Source of the DNA: Octopus vulgaris
Taxonomy: Eukaryota
DNA: 64,000 nt
Direction of reading: 5' to 3'
NCBI GenBank assembly: GCA_951406725.2
Contig: OX597815.1
Location: forward strand, 14,694,001 to 14,758,000
Shown here piece by piece: positions 38,931 to 53,255 of the stretch. A program made the translations under genes and the position numbers. How positions within the stretch are numbered: the stretch's first letter is position 1; every line of letters starts with the position of its first letter. Under the pieces are notes generated by a model, which searched no databases, was not told the DNA's origin, and saw nothing but the letters and a program-made list of their open reading frames with translations.

Positions 38931-41900
38931 CTCTTCGAGAAAAATAAAACTGAACCTTTAAGTTGTACAGATCAACAACTTTTCAAAAATATTTCTTCTC
39001 TCACCAAAATATATGGATATTTTTCTTCTTTTTGTTTTTATAGTTTATTCCAAACAAATATCACTTCTCTTATATTTCTTCTAAATGTGATCAATGCCAA
39101 TATTTAAAAATGCCGTAAATACTCTTTGGAAATCTATCAAAGTATATTTAAAAGAGAAAAATTTCTCTTGCACATTTCAGACACAGAAGTAAAGAAATGC
39201 TTTCTCTCTCAGAGGAAACATTTTACTGTAACTCAGCAACGTTTTATAGAAGCAGGATTATACGTTTGTCGAATATCTTTGCAGAGTCTTTTAAACATGA
39301 CACACATTGATGATTCTTTAAAAGTAAAAAATACTTTTTAGCCAATTTCATGTGATTTTCTGAAAGAATAGGAAAATAATATAAGACATCAAGTATGTTT
39401 AAAAGGCAGATATTCAAAAGTGCAAATTTACGACATTTCTTGTTTCAAAAATTTTAGATGTAATTCTTTATCTGTACTATTAAATTTATCCAATTTCTAC
39501 ATTACCAAAATGTTTATATCATAGAGTAGACACATCTATTATAATACCAACTCCTGGAATATAAAGTCTGTCATAGACACACTTCCACATACACACACAC
39601 ACACCAATATACATATAAATGACACTAGATTTCTGATGTTTTCATTGCAGTATTGTATCTTTGTTTGCTAAAATAGATATCGCTCTTTCCCTAACTTCAT
39701 CATCATCGTTTAACATCTGCTTTCCATGCTGGCATGGGTTGTGAGGTTTGACTGAGGACTGGCAATCCATGAGGTTGAACAAGGTTTCAATCTTATCAGG
39801 CAAGATTTCTACAGCTGGATGCTGTTTGAGCGTGTAGTGGTTGCCTTTTATATGTGCCACGGAGCCAGTCAGGTAGCATTGGTATCGACTATGCTTGAAT
39901 GGTGCCTTTTAACGTGCCACCGGCACGGGTGCAAGTCAGGCAGCACTAGCATCAATCATGCTCAAATGGTACTTTTTACATGCTACCTGCATGGGAGCCA
40001 TATATACAAATACATGTATATATATATATATACATATATATATATAAGGTTAGCTCAACGTTAATATTTTGCTGAGCATAAAAGATGAATAAATGTCAGT
40101 AAATAATATTGATGTCGCACTAACAGCATCAAAATCTTTGTGGGGAAATTTTAATGTAGGAAAAATTATTGGTTGATGTGGAGAATGAAAGCCAGATTCC
40201 TCCAAAGAGTTTGGCGCGTCCTGAAGAAGGCAATGTGCTGTTGAAATGGCCGCCACGTTCACTGAGCTGACACCTTGCCATTTCTTTCTCATGGAGGGCC
40301 TAGTCTATGTCTCCCCTCTTCCTGCAAGCCCAGAGGAACTTAAGCAGAGAATTATTACCATACTGGTCGTGAGATGTGCGAAAAATAACAGCTAAATAGC
40401 TCATAAATCACACTTCATTTTTTTCTTTTTTTGGTTGCCTGACCGAACGAATTCTCGTACGCAGAAATTTCTGAAAATTCCCGCAAATAAAAATATGTGA
40501 CGAGGGATTATATTAGGTGCTTAAAGTAGCACTACACACACACAAAAATTAAATTAATTAGAAAACCACATTAATTCTAACTTTTAATGATGCAGAAGAA
40601 CCACCAGAAATAAAAACTTCCTATGTTTCAAATAAAAGCTATTCCATTTCCTCTCGATGCGATATTTGCTTTTCGTTTCAGTATTTCAAGTGCACACTCG
40701 TATTTTTATACATTCCCCATTTCTAACTAATTACATCGTAATTTTCCCGCATTTAACGAAATTGTCGAATTTACACGTTAGAAAGAAAGATAAATGTTAT
40801 CTAAACAAGGGATTTGATTGATCCGACGTTTTTACAAATAATTTAGAAAATAACCGAAAGTGCAATGAAATGTCTAAAAGAAAACGACAACACAATAAAA
40901 GTATTAAAATTACAGCCTTTCGTATAATTTCGTCTTAGTGAGATTTTTTTTTTTTCCTTTTAACTTTCTCAACACATCGAAACAAATAAATGTACATAAT
41001 ACGACACATGTATAATAGAAATGTTTAAATAAATACTTACATAGTAATAGATATGGAGAGAAAGAGTGAAGGAGGAAGACGTGAGAACTGGAGTCAGAGT
41101 GGACAACGACAGCTTCAAGAGAATTTCTAGATTTCTACAACAAACGTTAATTAATATTTTTCAGGTCCACATAATCGTAAATGGGGTATCTGTTTCTTTA
41201 GACAGTTAATTACCAATCACTTGTATATATTTGATTGGATTTTCTCTTAAATGTCAGTTGTCAAGTGGAACTGATCAAGCAATCAAGGTGCGTGGGAAAC
41301 AAGAACAAGAATACACTTAATGAGGAAGAACAAGGGGAACTAACTCCGGTCTTTAAAGAATTGCGGCTCTACTTTAATAGATTTGGGATTTTGTGAAAGA
41401 GATTTCTTCAATATTCGGCTTCATCGCTGTTATGTGTTGTTTTCTTCTAATGGGATAAACAACTCAATACGAAGCATAGTTATTCTTTTACGTGTTTAAT
41501 TACTTTTTCATGTTAAGCGAACTGGACTACATTCCGCGCAGCGACACCGATATAACTTTAGACACAGCGTAGTAATACTTATAAAATAGTGCCAAAAGCG
41601 GGGACGTATTCCACACACACACGCATATATATGAACGTGTAACATCCCTTTTTTTTGAAAAAAAAAAAGGGAGTTCTTTTGGCAGTGAAGACAAATATAG
41701 CAGTCTCCCTTACTCTAATGGATTGTCAGTGCGAGGTGGCGATCCTGCAGCAGAAACCGTGAGATTATTCTGCCTCTGCTTTGTAATCGAGCAGAATTAG
41801 TTACTTGTCTTTTCATTTATTTGGAAAAAACTTTATCATGAATAAAAAGAGAAAATATTTACGTTTTTTAAAATCAAAATATACCATTGGTTTAATTGCC

Positions 41901-43191
41901 TAAAAAAAATTTTCCGATTAATTATCCCACCGCTGCCAACATGTTATGTTTTATTTCGTTCTAATGGGACAGACAACGCAATACGAAGCCATTGTTATTC
42001 TTTTACGTGTTTAATTACCTTTTCATGTTACACGAACTGGACTACATTCAGCGTAGTGATACATATATACTTTAGACACAGTTCATACTGTTACTAACAA
42101 AATAGTGCCAAAAGTGGGGATGTATTCTACCTACGTATACCTGTGTATTCACATAGATATGAATGTGTCACACTGTGGTTTAAAGTTTGATCATTCTTAC
42201 CCATTAAGAAAACAATATTTGGAAGCTGTCATCTTGTTCATGTAAAAAGGGGGTGTGAGATATCAAATTATTGTGATTTTGGACTTTTTACAGGTTAATT
42301 CATACGATTCTGCAAATACGTGATATAAAAAAACTTTGTTCAATTAAGAAACAAATTACTTTTAACTATGCACTGTCCATCACCATTTCCTCCACCACAA
42401 CCATCATCTCTCTCTCTCTCTCTTTGTGCCTCAAATCTCACCACTCTGCTAAAATTATATTGCTAACTTCTCTATATCATCAACTTCAACTAACTTTTTT
42501 AACGATGCAATAAATATTATGTTCCCCTCTATCACATATCATGTACGCTTCTCTCTGTCCCTCTTTCTATCTTACTCTTTGCTTTAATATATGGGTGCTT
42601 GAAACTCTCAGATAAGAATTGCTGGGACCAGTATTCCATTTGGGACATGCTTTTGAAATGGAAAGAAAGCATGCCCTTTTTTGGAACGACTTCTGACTGG
42701 AGACGAAAAATGGATTGCATGCTTAATGTTGTGCAAAACTGATCCTGGAGTTTGCAGAAATATTCCCCAAGCAACCAAAGATGAATATCCATGGCAACAA
42801 ACCCGTCCTTTGTGTTTGGTGGAATCATAAAGGCATTAATATGACCTTCTCCCGTAAAACCAGACCATTCATTCTGATGTGTTCTGTCATCAACTGGCTA
42901 ATTCGAACCAAAATATATCAAGGAACTGCGGTTGGAGATTACCAACAGAAAAGCATTAGTCTTCCAACAAGACAATGCCCGGCCATTGTCTAATAGAAAG
43001 GATTCACCCTAACTCCCTCATATTCCTTATAGTCTTCATTATTATCATTTTCATGTCGTACGTTTTTGAATCCAATATTCTTTCATCAGATGCATCCTTA
43101 ATTGAATTCTTTTCTTTTTGCTTTGCATCTCTTACAGATTTAAGTCTTTAATTTTATAAATATATATTTATATAATCTTTTAGCTGTTTAT

Positions 43192-43593
43192 AGGCGCAGT
43201 TGTGGCTGTGTGGTAAGTAGCTTGCTTACGAACCACATGGTTCCGAGTTCAGTCCCACTGCATGGCATCTTGGGCAAGTGTCTTCTGCTATAGCCTCGGG
43301 CCGACCAATGCCTTGTGAGTGGATATGGTAGACGGAAACTGAAAGAAGCCTGTCGTATATACGTATATATATATGTATGTGTGTGTATATGTTTGTGTGT
43401 CTGTGTTTGTCCCCCTAGCATTGATTGACAACCGATGCTGGTGTGTTTACGTCCCCGTCACTTAGCGGTTCGGCAATATAGACTGATAGAATAAGTACTA
43501 GGCTTACAAAGAATAAGTCCCGGGGTCGATATTTTCGACTAAAGTTGGTGCTCCAGCATGGCCGCAGTCAACTGACTGAAACAAGTAAAAGAG
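43192..43593 (+). mobile_element. tRNA-derived SINE, near full length, only in the 8.2-kb unit
   Basis: A-box-like tggctgtgtgg and B-box-like gagttcagtcc; flanked by gtttat/gttat; empty site gctgtttatccatt at ~7988 and in the other units. Confidence 0.88.
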
Positions 43594-45447
43594 TTATCCA
43601 TTATCCAAAAACAAAAGGTCCCGGTCACTATCATGGCCTCGGTGTCTAGTGAGGCAATGGATTGGGTTATTCCTGGAACCAAAACACTCTAAAGTGTAGC
43701 CTGTATTGTGTCTGCATCAAAAGATAGTCGCTCATCTGCTATTCACTGAAAACTGAAGGTAATTGGAATACGGTAATTACTTAATACCCTTTATGCACAA
43801 TTTTATAGAAAACAGCACTTATAAAATAAATATTCGCTCATATTTTTCCAGTTTTCTCATAAACAGAAAAAAATTACATTTTAAAATTTACATAGGCACA
43901 ATTTCTTATCTAAAACACGAGAAGTGTATAGTAAAAAAATTACCTTATATGTAAAATATAGGGGTCAGAATTTAATGTAACATGGCTTACTCTGAAAACC
44001 ACATCAGTGGCAACTTGTAAGCCAAGGTGATGGGTCAGAGAGCCAATACACATTTCAATTTGTAAGATTTGTAAAAAAAACTTAGTTCAAATAAAAAAAA
44101 AACCATTACTTTTCACTTTGTATTCACCATCACAACCACCACCATCATCTGTCTCCCTCTACCTTTCTTTAACCTCTCCATCAGGACATTACCCACCTTC
44201 TAAAATTATATTCCTTACTCTCCTCTATATCACAACCTTAACTAAATATGTCCCCCTATCACGTCATGCACACTTCTCACTCTTCCCGTCTCACTCATGG
44301 CCTTATCCTTTCTCTCCAATCACATGAAAGTGTTACTGTCGACCTAAGTAACATAATGACAAGCAGAATTATTATAAGACCACCTTCCTTTACTTTTCCC
44401 TCTCTCTCACCCCACTACTCTAACTTACATAAATACACCAGTTGAACAAACAAGCTTCTGATTACATATATACACCTACAATATTTTTGTGGGTGGTTTG
44501 GATAATATTTTTTGCAAGGTAATTACAGATCACATAAGGAGACCGGAGAAAAGTTTGATATTATTTATTCAGCATTACATGTGTTTCATTTCCTAATAGG
44601 AATCAAAAGCTTTTAGATGTGTAGAAAACATGTAAGATATTTCCTATAAGAAATTCTTCAGAGATACATATATGTGTGTGTGTGTGTGTGTGTATCCTTG
44701 TCCAGATATTATGTGATGTTCGTAAAGGGCCATCATGACCGTCATACTTGTGCAGTTGTTCATTTCCAGTCCTTTGCGTGAAATATGTCTCACCAGGGAA
44801 AATATTTCCTTGCTTGGAAACAGGTGAGGATTGGTCACAAGAAAGGTACCCAGATGTAGAAAATCTCCATCAATGAATTCCATCTGATCCACAGAAGCAT
44901 GAATAGGAGAATGTTAAATGATGAGGATCACCATCATCGTGGTTCGTCTTCTGTATGAATGCATTTACATTTCAATAATTGATCATTTTCATAGATTGAG
45001 TTATCAGAAAAAGCTTAGGCTACAGTTATATCTTTCATATTGATAGGACTGTGTACAAACAATTCACCAATTTGAAAGAATGATTCAGGGTTAACATCAC
45101 AGTGATATGTTTTCGTTCCTCAGTCAATGCTCTTTTGATTCAATAATGGATGATTTCATGTCAAAGATTTACCATAGATGTCACATTCATATAGTTTCTA
45201 TATTCTGTGGATGTCTTTATGAGATACGTCCTTTGTCCTTCTGAGGAAATGTTATACAACAAATATCACTGTGTTAGGGACCCACTTCAGAAGGAAAGAC
45301 TTGTTTAAATCACAAATGATTTTGTGTAACTGATTTGCCACAGATATCACTGTGAATTGATTTTTCTTGAGTGTGAATGCATTTGTGGATAGTAAAGTGA
45401 CTTTTTCCAGAGAATGTCTTACCACAGCTATCACAGGGGTATGGTTT

Positions 45448-47148
45448 CTATCCTGTATGAACACGCTTGTGTTTAGTTAAGCTACTGCTTCGAGAGAATG
45501 ATGTTCCACAGATATCACAGGTATATGGTTTCTCCCCTGTATGAATACGTTTGTGTTTATTTAAGACACTGTTCTGAGAGAATGATCTTCCACAGATATC
45601 ACAGGTATATGGTTTCTCCCCTGTATGAATACGTTTGTGTTGAGTTAAGACACTGTTCTGAGAGAATGATCTTCCACAGATATCACAGGTATATGGTTTC
45701 TCCCCTGTATGAACACGCTTGTGTTTAGTTAAGCTACTGCTTCGAGAGAATGATGTTCCACAGATATCACAGGTATATGGTTTCTCCCCTGTATGAATAC
45801 GTTTGTGTTTATTTAAGACACTGTTCTGAGAGAATGATTTACCACAGATATCACAGGTATATGGTTTCTCTCCTGTATGGATACGTGTGTGTTGAGTTAA
45901 GCCACCGCTATGAGAGAATGATTTACCACAGATATCACAGGAATATGGTTTCTCTCCTGTATGGATACGTGTGTGTTCAGTTAAGCCACCGCTACGAGAG
46001 AAAGATTTACCACAGATATCACAGTGATATGGTTTCTCCCCTGTATGAATATTTTTGTGTTGAGTTAAATGACTGTGATCAGAGAATGATTTTCCACAGA
46101 TATCACAGGTATATGGTTTCTCCTCTGTATGAACCCATTTGTGAGTAGTTAAGCGACCGCTATGAGAGAATGATTTACCACAGATATCACAGTGATATGG
46201 TTTCTCACCTGTATGAATACGTTTGTGTCGAGTTAAATGACTGTGATCAGAGAATGATTTTCCACAGATATCACAGGTATATGGTTTCTCTCCTGTATGG
46301 ATACGTGTGTGTTTAGTTAAGTGACTGCAAGCAGTGAATGATTTACCACAGATATCACAGTGATATGATTTCTCCCCAGTATGAATACGTCTGTGCATAG
46401 TTAGGTTAGTGTTTCGAGAGAATGATATACCACAGATATCACAGTGATATGGTTTCTCGCCTGTATGAATACGATTGTGCTTAGTTAAGCTGCCGCTTTG
46501 AGAGAAAGATTTACTACAGATATCACAGGAATATGGTTTCTCCCCTGTATGAGTACGTTTGTGCTTAGGTACGATACTTCCATCGGGGAAAGATTTACCA
46601 CAGATATCACAGTGATATGGTTTCTCTCCTGTATGAATGTGTTTGTGAATTGTCAAGTTACTTCCTAAAGTGAAGGATTTACCACATATATCACAATGAT
46701 GAGGTTTCTCTCCTGTATGAACCCGTTTGTGTGGAGTTAAGTGACTGCTATTAGAGAATGATTTACCACAGATATCACAGTGATATGGTTTCTCCCCTGT
46801 ATGAATACGTTTGTGCTTAGTTACGCTACTTGCATCAGAGAAAGATTTACCACAGATATCACAATGATAAGGTTTCTCTCCTGTATGAACCCGTTTGTGT
46901 CGAGTTAAGTGACTGCCATTAGAGAATGATTTACCACAGATATCACAGTGATATGGTTTCTCTCCTGTATGAATACGTTTGTGTTGAGTTAAGCTATTCC
47001 TGTGAGACAATGATTTACCACTGATATCACAGTGATATGGTGCTTCCCCTGCATGAATTTGTTTGTGTTGATTGAGTTTACTTTCTTCTAAGAATGACTC
47101 TTTGCAGATGTCACAGTCATATGATGATTTTCCTAATTCTTCCGACAT
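45448..47148 (-). CDS. Poly-C2H2 zinc-finger protein G4, 566 aa, 20 fingers
   Basis: Intact ORF with the same leader and the same terminal HTG-TAG. Confidence 0.96.
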   Translation of the reverse strand: MSEELGKSSYDCDICKESFLEESKLNQHKQIHAGEAPYHCDISGKSLSHRNSLTQHKRIHTGEKPYHCDICGKSFSNGSHLTRHKRVHTGEKPYHCDICGKSFSDASSVTKHKRIHTGEKPYHCDICGKSFSNSSHLTPHKRVHTGEKPHHCDICGKSFTLGSNLTIHKHIHTGEKPYHCDICGKSFPDGSIVPKHKRTHTGEKPYSCDICSKSFSQSGSLTKHNRIHTGEKPYHCDICGISFSRNTNLTMHRRIHTGEKSYHCDICGKSFTACSHLTKHTRIHTGEKPYTCDICGKSFSDHSHLTRHKRIHTGEKPYHCDICGKSFSHSGRLTTHKWVHTEEKPYTCDICGKSFSDHSHLTQHKNIHTGEKPYHCDICGKSFSRSGGLTEHTRIHTGEKPYSCDICGKSFSHSGGLTQHTRIHTGEKPYTCDICGKSFSQNSVLNKHKRIHTGEKPYTCDICGTSFSRSSSLTKHKRVHTGEKPYTCDICGRSFSQNSVLTQHKRIHTGEKPYTCDICGRSFSQNSVLNKHKRIHTGEKPYTCDICGTSFSRSSSLTKHKRVHTG

Positions 47149-48235
47149 CTCTTCAAGAAAAATAAAACTGAACCTTCAAGTTGTACAGATCAACAACTTT
47201 TCAAAAATATTTCTTCTCTCACCAAAATATATGGATATTTTTCTTCTTTTTGTTTTTATAGTTTATTCCAAACAAATATCACTTCTCTTATATTTCTTCT
47301 AAATGTGATCAATGCCAATATTTAAAAATGCCGCAAATACTCTTTGGAAATCTATCAAAGTATATTTAAAAGAGAAAATTATCTCTTCCACATTTCAGAC
47401 ACAGAAGTAAAGAAATGCTTTCTCTCTCAGAGGAAATATTTTACTGTAACTCAGCAATGTTTTATAGAAGCAGGATTATACGTTTGTCGAATATCTTTGC
47501 AGAGTCTTTTAAACATGACACACATTGATGATTCTTTAAAAGTAAAAAATACTTTTTAGCCAATTTCATGTGATTTTCTGAAAGAATAGGAAAATAATAT
47601 AAGACATCAAGTATGTTTAAAAGGCAGATATTCAAAAGTGCAAATTTACGACATTTCTTGTTTCAAAAATTTTAGATGTAATTCTTTATCTGAACTATTA
47701 AATTTATCCAATTTCTACATTACCAAAATGTTTATATCATAGAGTAGACACATCTATTATAATACCAACTCCTGGAATATAAAGTCTGTCATAGACACAC
47801 TTCCACATACACACACACACACACACACACCAATATACATATAAATGACACTAGATTTCTGATGTTTTCATTGCAGTCTTCTATCTTTGTTTGCTAAAAT
47901 AGATATCGCTCTTTCCCTAACTTCATCATCATCGTTTAACATCTGCTTTCCACGCTGGCATGGGTTGTGAGGTTTGACTAAGGACTGGCAAGCCATGAGG
48001 TTGAACAAGGTTTCAATCTTATCAGGCAAGATTTCTACAGCTGGATGCTGTTTGAGTGTGTAGCGGTTGCCTTTTATATGTGCCACGGAGCCAGTCAGGT
48101 AGCATTGGTATCGACTATGCTTGAATGGTGCCTTTTAACGTGCCACCGGCACGGGTGCAAGTCAGGCGGCACTAGCATCAATCATGTTCAAATGGTACTT
48201 TTTACATGCTACCTGCATGGGAGCCATATATACAA

Positions 48236-48273
<38 letters not shown>

Positions 48274-49737
48274 ATATATATATATAAGGTTAGCTCAACG
48301 TTAATATTTTGCTGAGCATAAAAGATGAATAAATGTCAGTAAATAATATTGATGTCGCACTAACAGCATCAAAATCCTTAGTGGGGAAATTTTAATGTAG
48401 GAAAAATTATTGGTTGATGTGGAGAATGAAAGCCAGATTCCTCCAAAGAGTTTGGCGCGTCCTGAAGAAGGCAATGTGCTGTTGAAATGGCCACCACGTT
48501 CACCTGAGCTGACACCTTGCCATTTCTTTCTCAGGGAGGGCCTAGTCTATGTCTCCCCTCTTCCTGCAAGCCCAGAGGAACTTAAGCAGAGAATTATTAC
48601 CATACTGGTCGTGAGATGTGCGAAAAATAACAACTAAATAGCTCATAAATCACAGTTCATTTTTTTCTTTTTTTGGTTGCCTGACCGAACGAATTCTCGT
48701 ACGCAGAAATTTCTGAAAATTCCCCCAAATAAAAATATGTGACGAGGGATTATATTAGGTGCTTAAAGCAGCACTACACACACACAAAAATTAAATAAAT
48801 TAGAAAAACATATTAATTCTAACTTTTAATGATGCAGAAGAACCACCAGAAATAAAGACTTCCTATGTTTCAAATAAAAGCTTTTCCATTTCCTCTCGAT
48901 GCGATATTTGCTTTTCGTTTCAGTATTTCAAGTGCACACTCGTATTTTTATACATTCCCCATTTCTAACAAATTACATCGTAATTTTCCCGCATTTAACG
49001 AAATTGTCGAATTTACACGTTAGAAAGAAAGATAAATGTTATCTAAACAAGGGATTGATCCGACGTTTTTACAAATAATTTAGAAAATAACCAAAAGTGC
49101 AATGAAATGTCTAAAAGAGAACGACAACACAATAAAAGTATTAAAATTACAGCCTTTCGTATAATTTCGTCTTAGTGAGTTTTTTTTTCCTTTTAACTTT
49201 CTCAACACATCGAAACAAATAAATGTACATAAGAAGACACATATATAATAGAAATGTTTAAATAAATACTTACATAGTAATAGATATGGAGAGAAAGAGT
49301 GAAGGAGGAAGACGTGAGAACTGGAGTCAGAGTGGACAACGACAGCTTCAAGAGAATTTCTAGATTTCTACAACAAACGTTAATTAATATTTTTCAGGTC
49401 CACATAATCGTAAATGGGGTATCTGTTTCTTTAGACAGTTAATTACCAATCACTTGTATATATTTGATTGGATTTTCTCTTAAATGTCAGTTGTCAAGTG
49501 GAACTGATCAAGCAATCAAGGTGCGTGGGAAACAAGAACTAGAAATACACTTAATGAGGAAGAACAAGGGGAACTAACTCCGGTCTTTAAAGAATTGCGG
49601 CTCTACTTTAATAGATTTGGGATTTTGTGAAAGAAGTTTCTTTGATAATTCTGTCTCATAAATTATTATTATCGTCATTATTACCAATCCTGCCGAATTT
49701 TTTTCTGTTTGGTTGCACACATGGGAATTTTTAATAA

Positions 49738-49739
<2 letters not shown>

Positions 49740-49836
<97 letters not shown>
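49740..49836. repeat. (TA)n microsatellite
   Basis: Directly visible. Confidence 0.97.
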
Positions 49837-50207
49837 TCTCTTTTATTCTTTTACTTGTTTCAGTCATTTGACTGCGGCCATGCTGGAGCACCGCCTTTAG
49901 TCGATCAAATCGACCCCGGGACTTATTCCTTGTAAGGCCAGTACTTATTCTATCGGTCTATTTTGCCGAACCGCTAGGTGACGGGGACGTAAACACACCA
50001 GCATCGGTTGTCAAGCAATGCTAAGGGGACAAACACACATACATATATACGACAGGCTTCCTTCAGTTTCCGCCTACAAAATCCACTCACAATGCATTGG
50101 TCGGTGCAGGGCTATAGCAGAAGTCACTTGCCGAAGATGCCACGCAGTGGGACTGAACTTGGAACCATGTGGTTGGTTAGCAAGCTACTTACCACACAGC
50201 CACTCCT
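49837..50207 (-). mobile_element. tRNA-derived SINE (same family as 43192-43593) inside a (TA)n tract
   Basis: Reverse complement matches the head (ggagtggctgtgtggtaag) and tail (actgaaacaagtaaaaga) of the 43.2-kb copy. Confidence 0.9.
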
Positions 50208-50568
<361 letters not shown>

Positions 50569-50799
50569 TTCAAAAGTTTTCATAAATTGTAGAATTAATT
50601 TTGGATCTTTTCAGTTTGAAGGCCAGTTTGAGAAGCCTACAAGAAATAAAATCATCTTCGATACGGCCCACCTCACAAAAAGTTTGCCGATTCTTGCTCT
50701 ACAGAAAGGAATAAACGATACAGAATACTTCACGTGGAAATTTGCTAATATAAAATTTAATTTTTTCGTTCAATATTTGTGACACACATCAACACATAT

Positions 50800-51034
50800 G
50801 TTTCACAAAAGTACGATGTTTCAAAATATAAATTTTACCGGTGTTATATCAAAATTTATATTCTAAATTAGCACCGGGAACTTTCTTCGTCTAACACCGT
50901 TTTTATCAGTTAACCGGCGTAATTGTTATTTTGATAATTGCTTGCTGCTGTGTGACTTTTTTTAAAGGTTATTTAATATTTTTGCCACTCTTCATATTAT
51001 ACTAACTATGCAGTGTATTGATGAGCATTTACCG
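50800..51034 (+). promoter_or_regulatory. Candidate promoter and non-coding first exon of SepSecS
   Basis: Local CpG enrichment ending in donor-like ccg|GTATGT at 51035; the ATG-containing exon is preceded by an acceptor (ttgtttttAG, 54320), which implies an upstream exon. Confidence 0.4.
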
Positions 51035-51092
51035 GTATGTAGCATGATAAATTAGTGTTACAATAGCTTTCCGTTGGTGCTTTAACATCTAC

Positions 51093-51124
51093 TCTGTCTC
51101 TCTCTCTCTGTCTCTCTCTTTCTC

Positions 51125-51162
<38 letters not shown>
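51093..51162. repeat. (TC)n microsatellite
   Basis: Directly visible. Confidence 0.95.
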
Positions 51163-51165
<3 letters not shown>

Positions 51166-51504
51166 TCTGCTATATTTTACTAAATTCTTGCCTTCTCATT
51201 TCTAATAGAAAAAAAGTCTTCAGAAAACGTCAGAGGCTTAACAGCGCCAGGTATCTCAATAACTATATACACCTTAGGTTGTCATTCAACGATGGGGCTT
51301 AGGTGTGGTCGCTTGTCATGCTAGAAATAACTTCCAGTTCTCCCTCAGATCACTATCTTAGAAAGGAAAAGAGGCATTGGCTAAAGTATTCCGACACACA
51401 CAGAACGGTGATGGCTAACATAACTTTGATCATACATCAGGTTAATAGCAGTTAACAACATGCGAATAAACAACAATAACTACTGCTTTGAGGTGCAACT
51501 ATCC

Positions 51505-51695
51505 TGTTTGGGTATTTTTGCCCGTCGCTACGTTCTGAGTTCAAATTCCGCCGAGGTTGACTTTGCCTTTCATCCTTTCGGGGTCGATAAATTAAGTACC
51601 AGTTACGCACTGGGGTCGATGTAATCGACTTGATCCGTTTGTCTGTCCTTGTTTGTCCCCTCTGTGTTTAGCCCCTTGTGGGTAATAAAGAAACA
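51505..51695 (+). mobile_element. 5'-truncated SINE with Nin-like central domain (decayed relatives ~52630-52690 minus, ~57905-58075 plus)
   Basis: gagttcaaattcc B-box followed by gcctttcatcctttcggggtcgataaattaagtaccag and an A-rich tail. Confidence 0.7.
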
Positions 51696-52741
51696 GATAA
51701 ATAGGTTGTCTAAAAGAATCTCGTTACTTTATGCACTCAGGTAAAAAAAGGGCAGTTCCCTTGGCCCGTACATAGCCTCCAAGGTACGCAGAGAGAAAAG
51801 TATCCTTAAACCAGAAACTTGGTTCGCATGCTTGCACAGAATGGACTCCGTCAAAGATGCCCAGTGGGCGAGGTGGTGATTTTTAAACCAGGGAATTTGG
51901 TTAAGTTTACACCCAATTTGGCCATATTCAGATTTGAACTTATACTACAAAGGCAAAGTTGACCTCAGATAGCGCAGACGTAAAGTTGTCCTCAGATACC
52001 ACAAGCGCAAATTTGACCTCAGCCCAAACGTGTGCATACATAATCACCATTTAAAAATCTAAACGGTTTCATTATTAAAAAAGCATAAATTTACAAGATG
52101 CGGTTATCGTGAAGTAACCCTATCAAAACATATTGCTAGCAGTAATAGTTACTTGCATTCACCAGTCATGTTCGCCTCCACTCCCGCCACATTGAATTTG
52201 TTTTGTTTTGTCTTATCAGTCCTAACTAACCTTGACTTTACTCTAACTGATGTTCACCACCTTTTTTTCTTTTGTCTATAAAATGTAATAGAATAGATTT
52301 AATCTATTGAGTGTGCTCAAGGATTTGTGAGTATAAATAACTGGTGCTTTTATTTTGATTAGGAGGAGGGTCAAAGACTGACTCTGCTAGTCATCATGAC
52401 TATGTCAGGATAAGGTTGATGGCCCTGGCATTGTTCCCTTCAATTACTTTTTAAACAGTGTTCTCCAGAGATAGCTCCTATGTTCACCAATCTTTCTAAT
52501 TCTCTCTCTCTACAGTTAGCTATTCTGGTGTTTAGAAACATGCTACAACATGTCCATCCACCAAGAAAGCAACTTCTCTGACCTCACTTAACACCTGGCC
52601 TACTTACTCACTTCTGACATCTCAACTTTATTTTATCGACTCTGGAAAAAGATGAAAGGTAAAGTTGACATCAGCAGGATTTGAACTCAAAGCATGAAAA
52701 CCCAGAACAAACATCAAAACTTTGTCATTCCACAACCTTAA

Positions 52742-52960
52742 CCCTTTTTTACCAACCTGGCTGAAATAGCCTCTGGCTCTGAGTACAAATGTCTTGTTTT
52801 CATAAGTTTTGAATTAAAATCTTCCACGAAACCTTAGTCACAATTTATGTCCCTAATACTAGCTGAATGATAACTAAGTTATTTTACTAAATTCTTTGTT
52901 AGATTTAAAGTAATTGAAAGAAACACAGAGCATCTCAAAATAAATACAGTAACGAAAGGG
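52742..52960. mobile_element. piggyBac-type MITE (219 bp)
   Basis: TTAA on both sides (52738-52741, 52961-52964); imperfect TIRs CCCTTTttTAC / GTAAcgAAAGGG. Confidence 0.8.
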
Positions 52961-53255
52961 TTAAGTACCAGTAATATACTAGGAGTTACTGGATCAACTT
53001 TACTCCTTCTCTAAAATAGGTGGTTTTGTACCCACAGTTGGCAATTGGTTGATTACCAAATGAAAAGCCTTGTATATTTTCCCATTCTGTTTTCTTTGTT
53101 TAAATCCTGCCAGGATCAGCCTCCCTTTTATCATCTTAGGAATTAATAAGTACCAGTTATGTACTTGGATGAATATAAGATTATTTTCCCTACTCAAAAA
53201 TGTGTAGTTGTGTGCCTATGTTAGAAATCATTATTATTAATTGAGGAAAGCATTT

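Noticed and set aside
51953-52023. Three copies of aaagttgacctcag with short spacers
   Set aside because: The core matches the reverse complement of a local SINE segment; probably slippage triplication.
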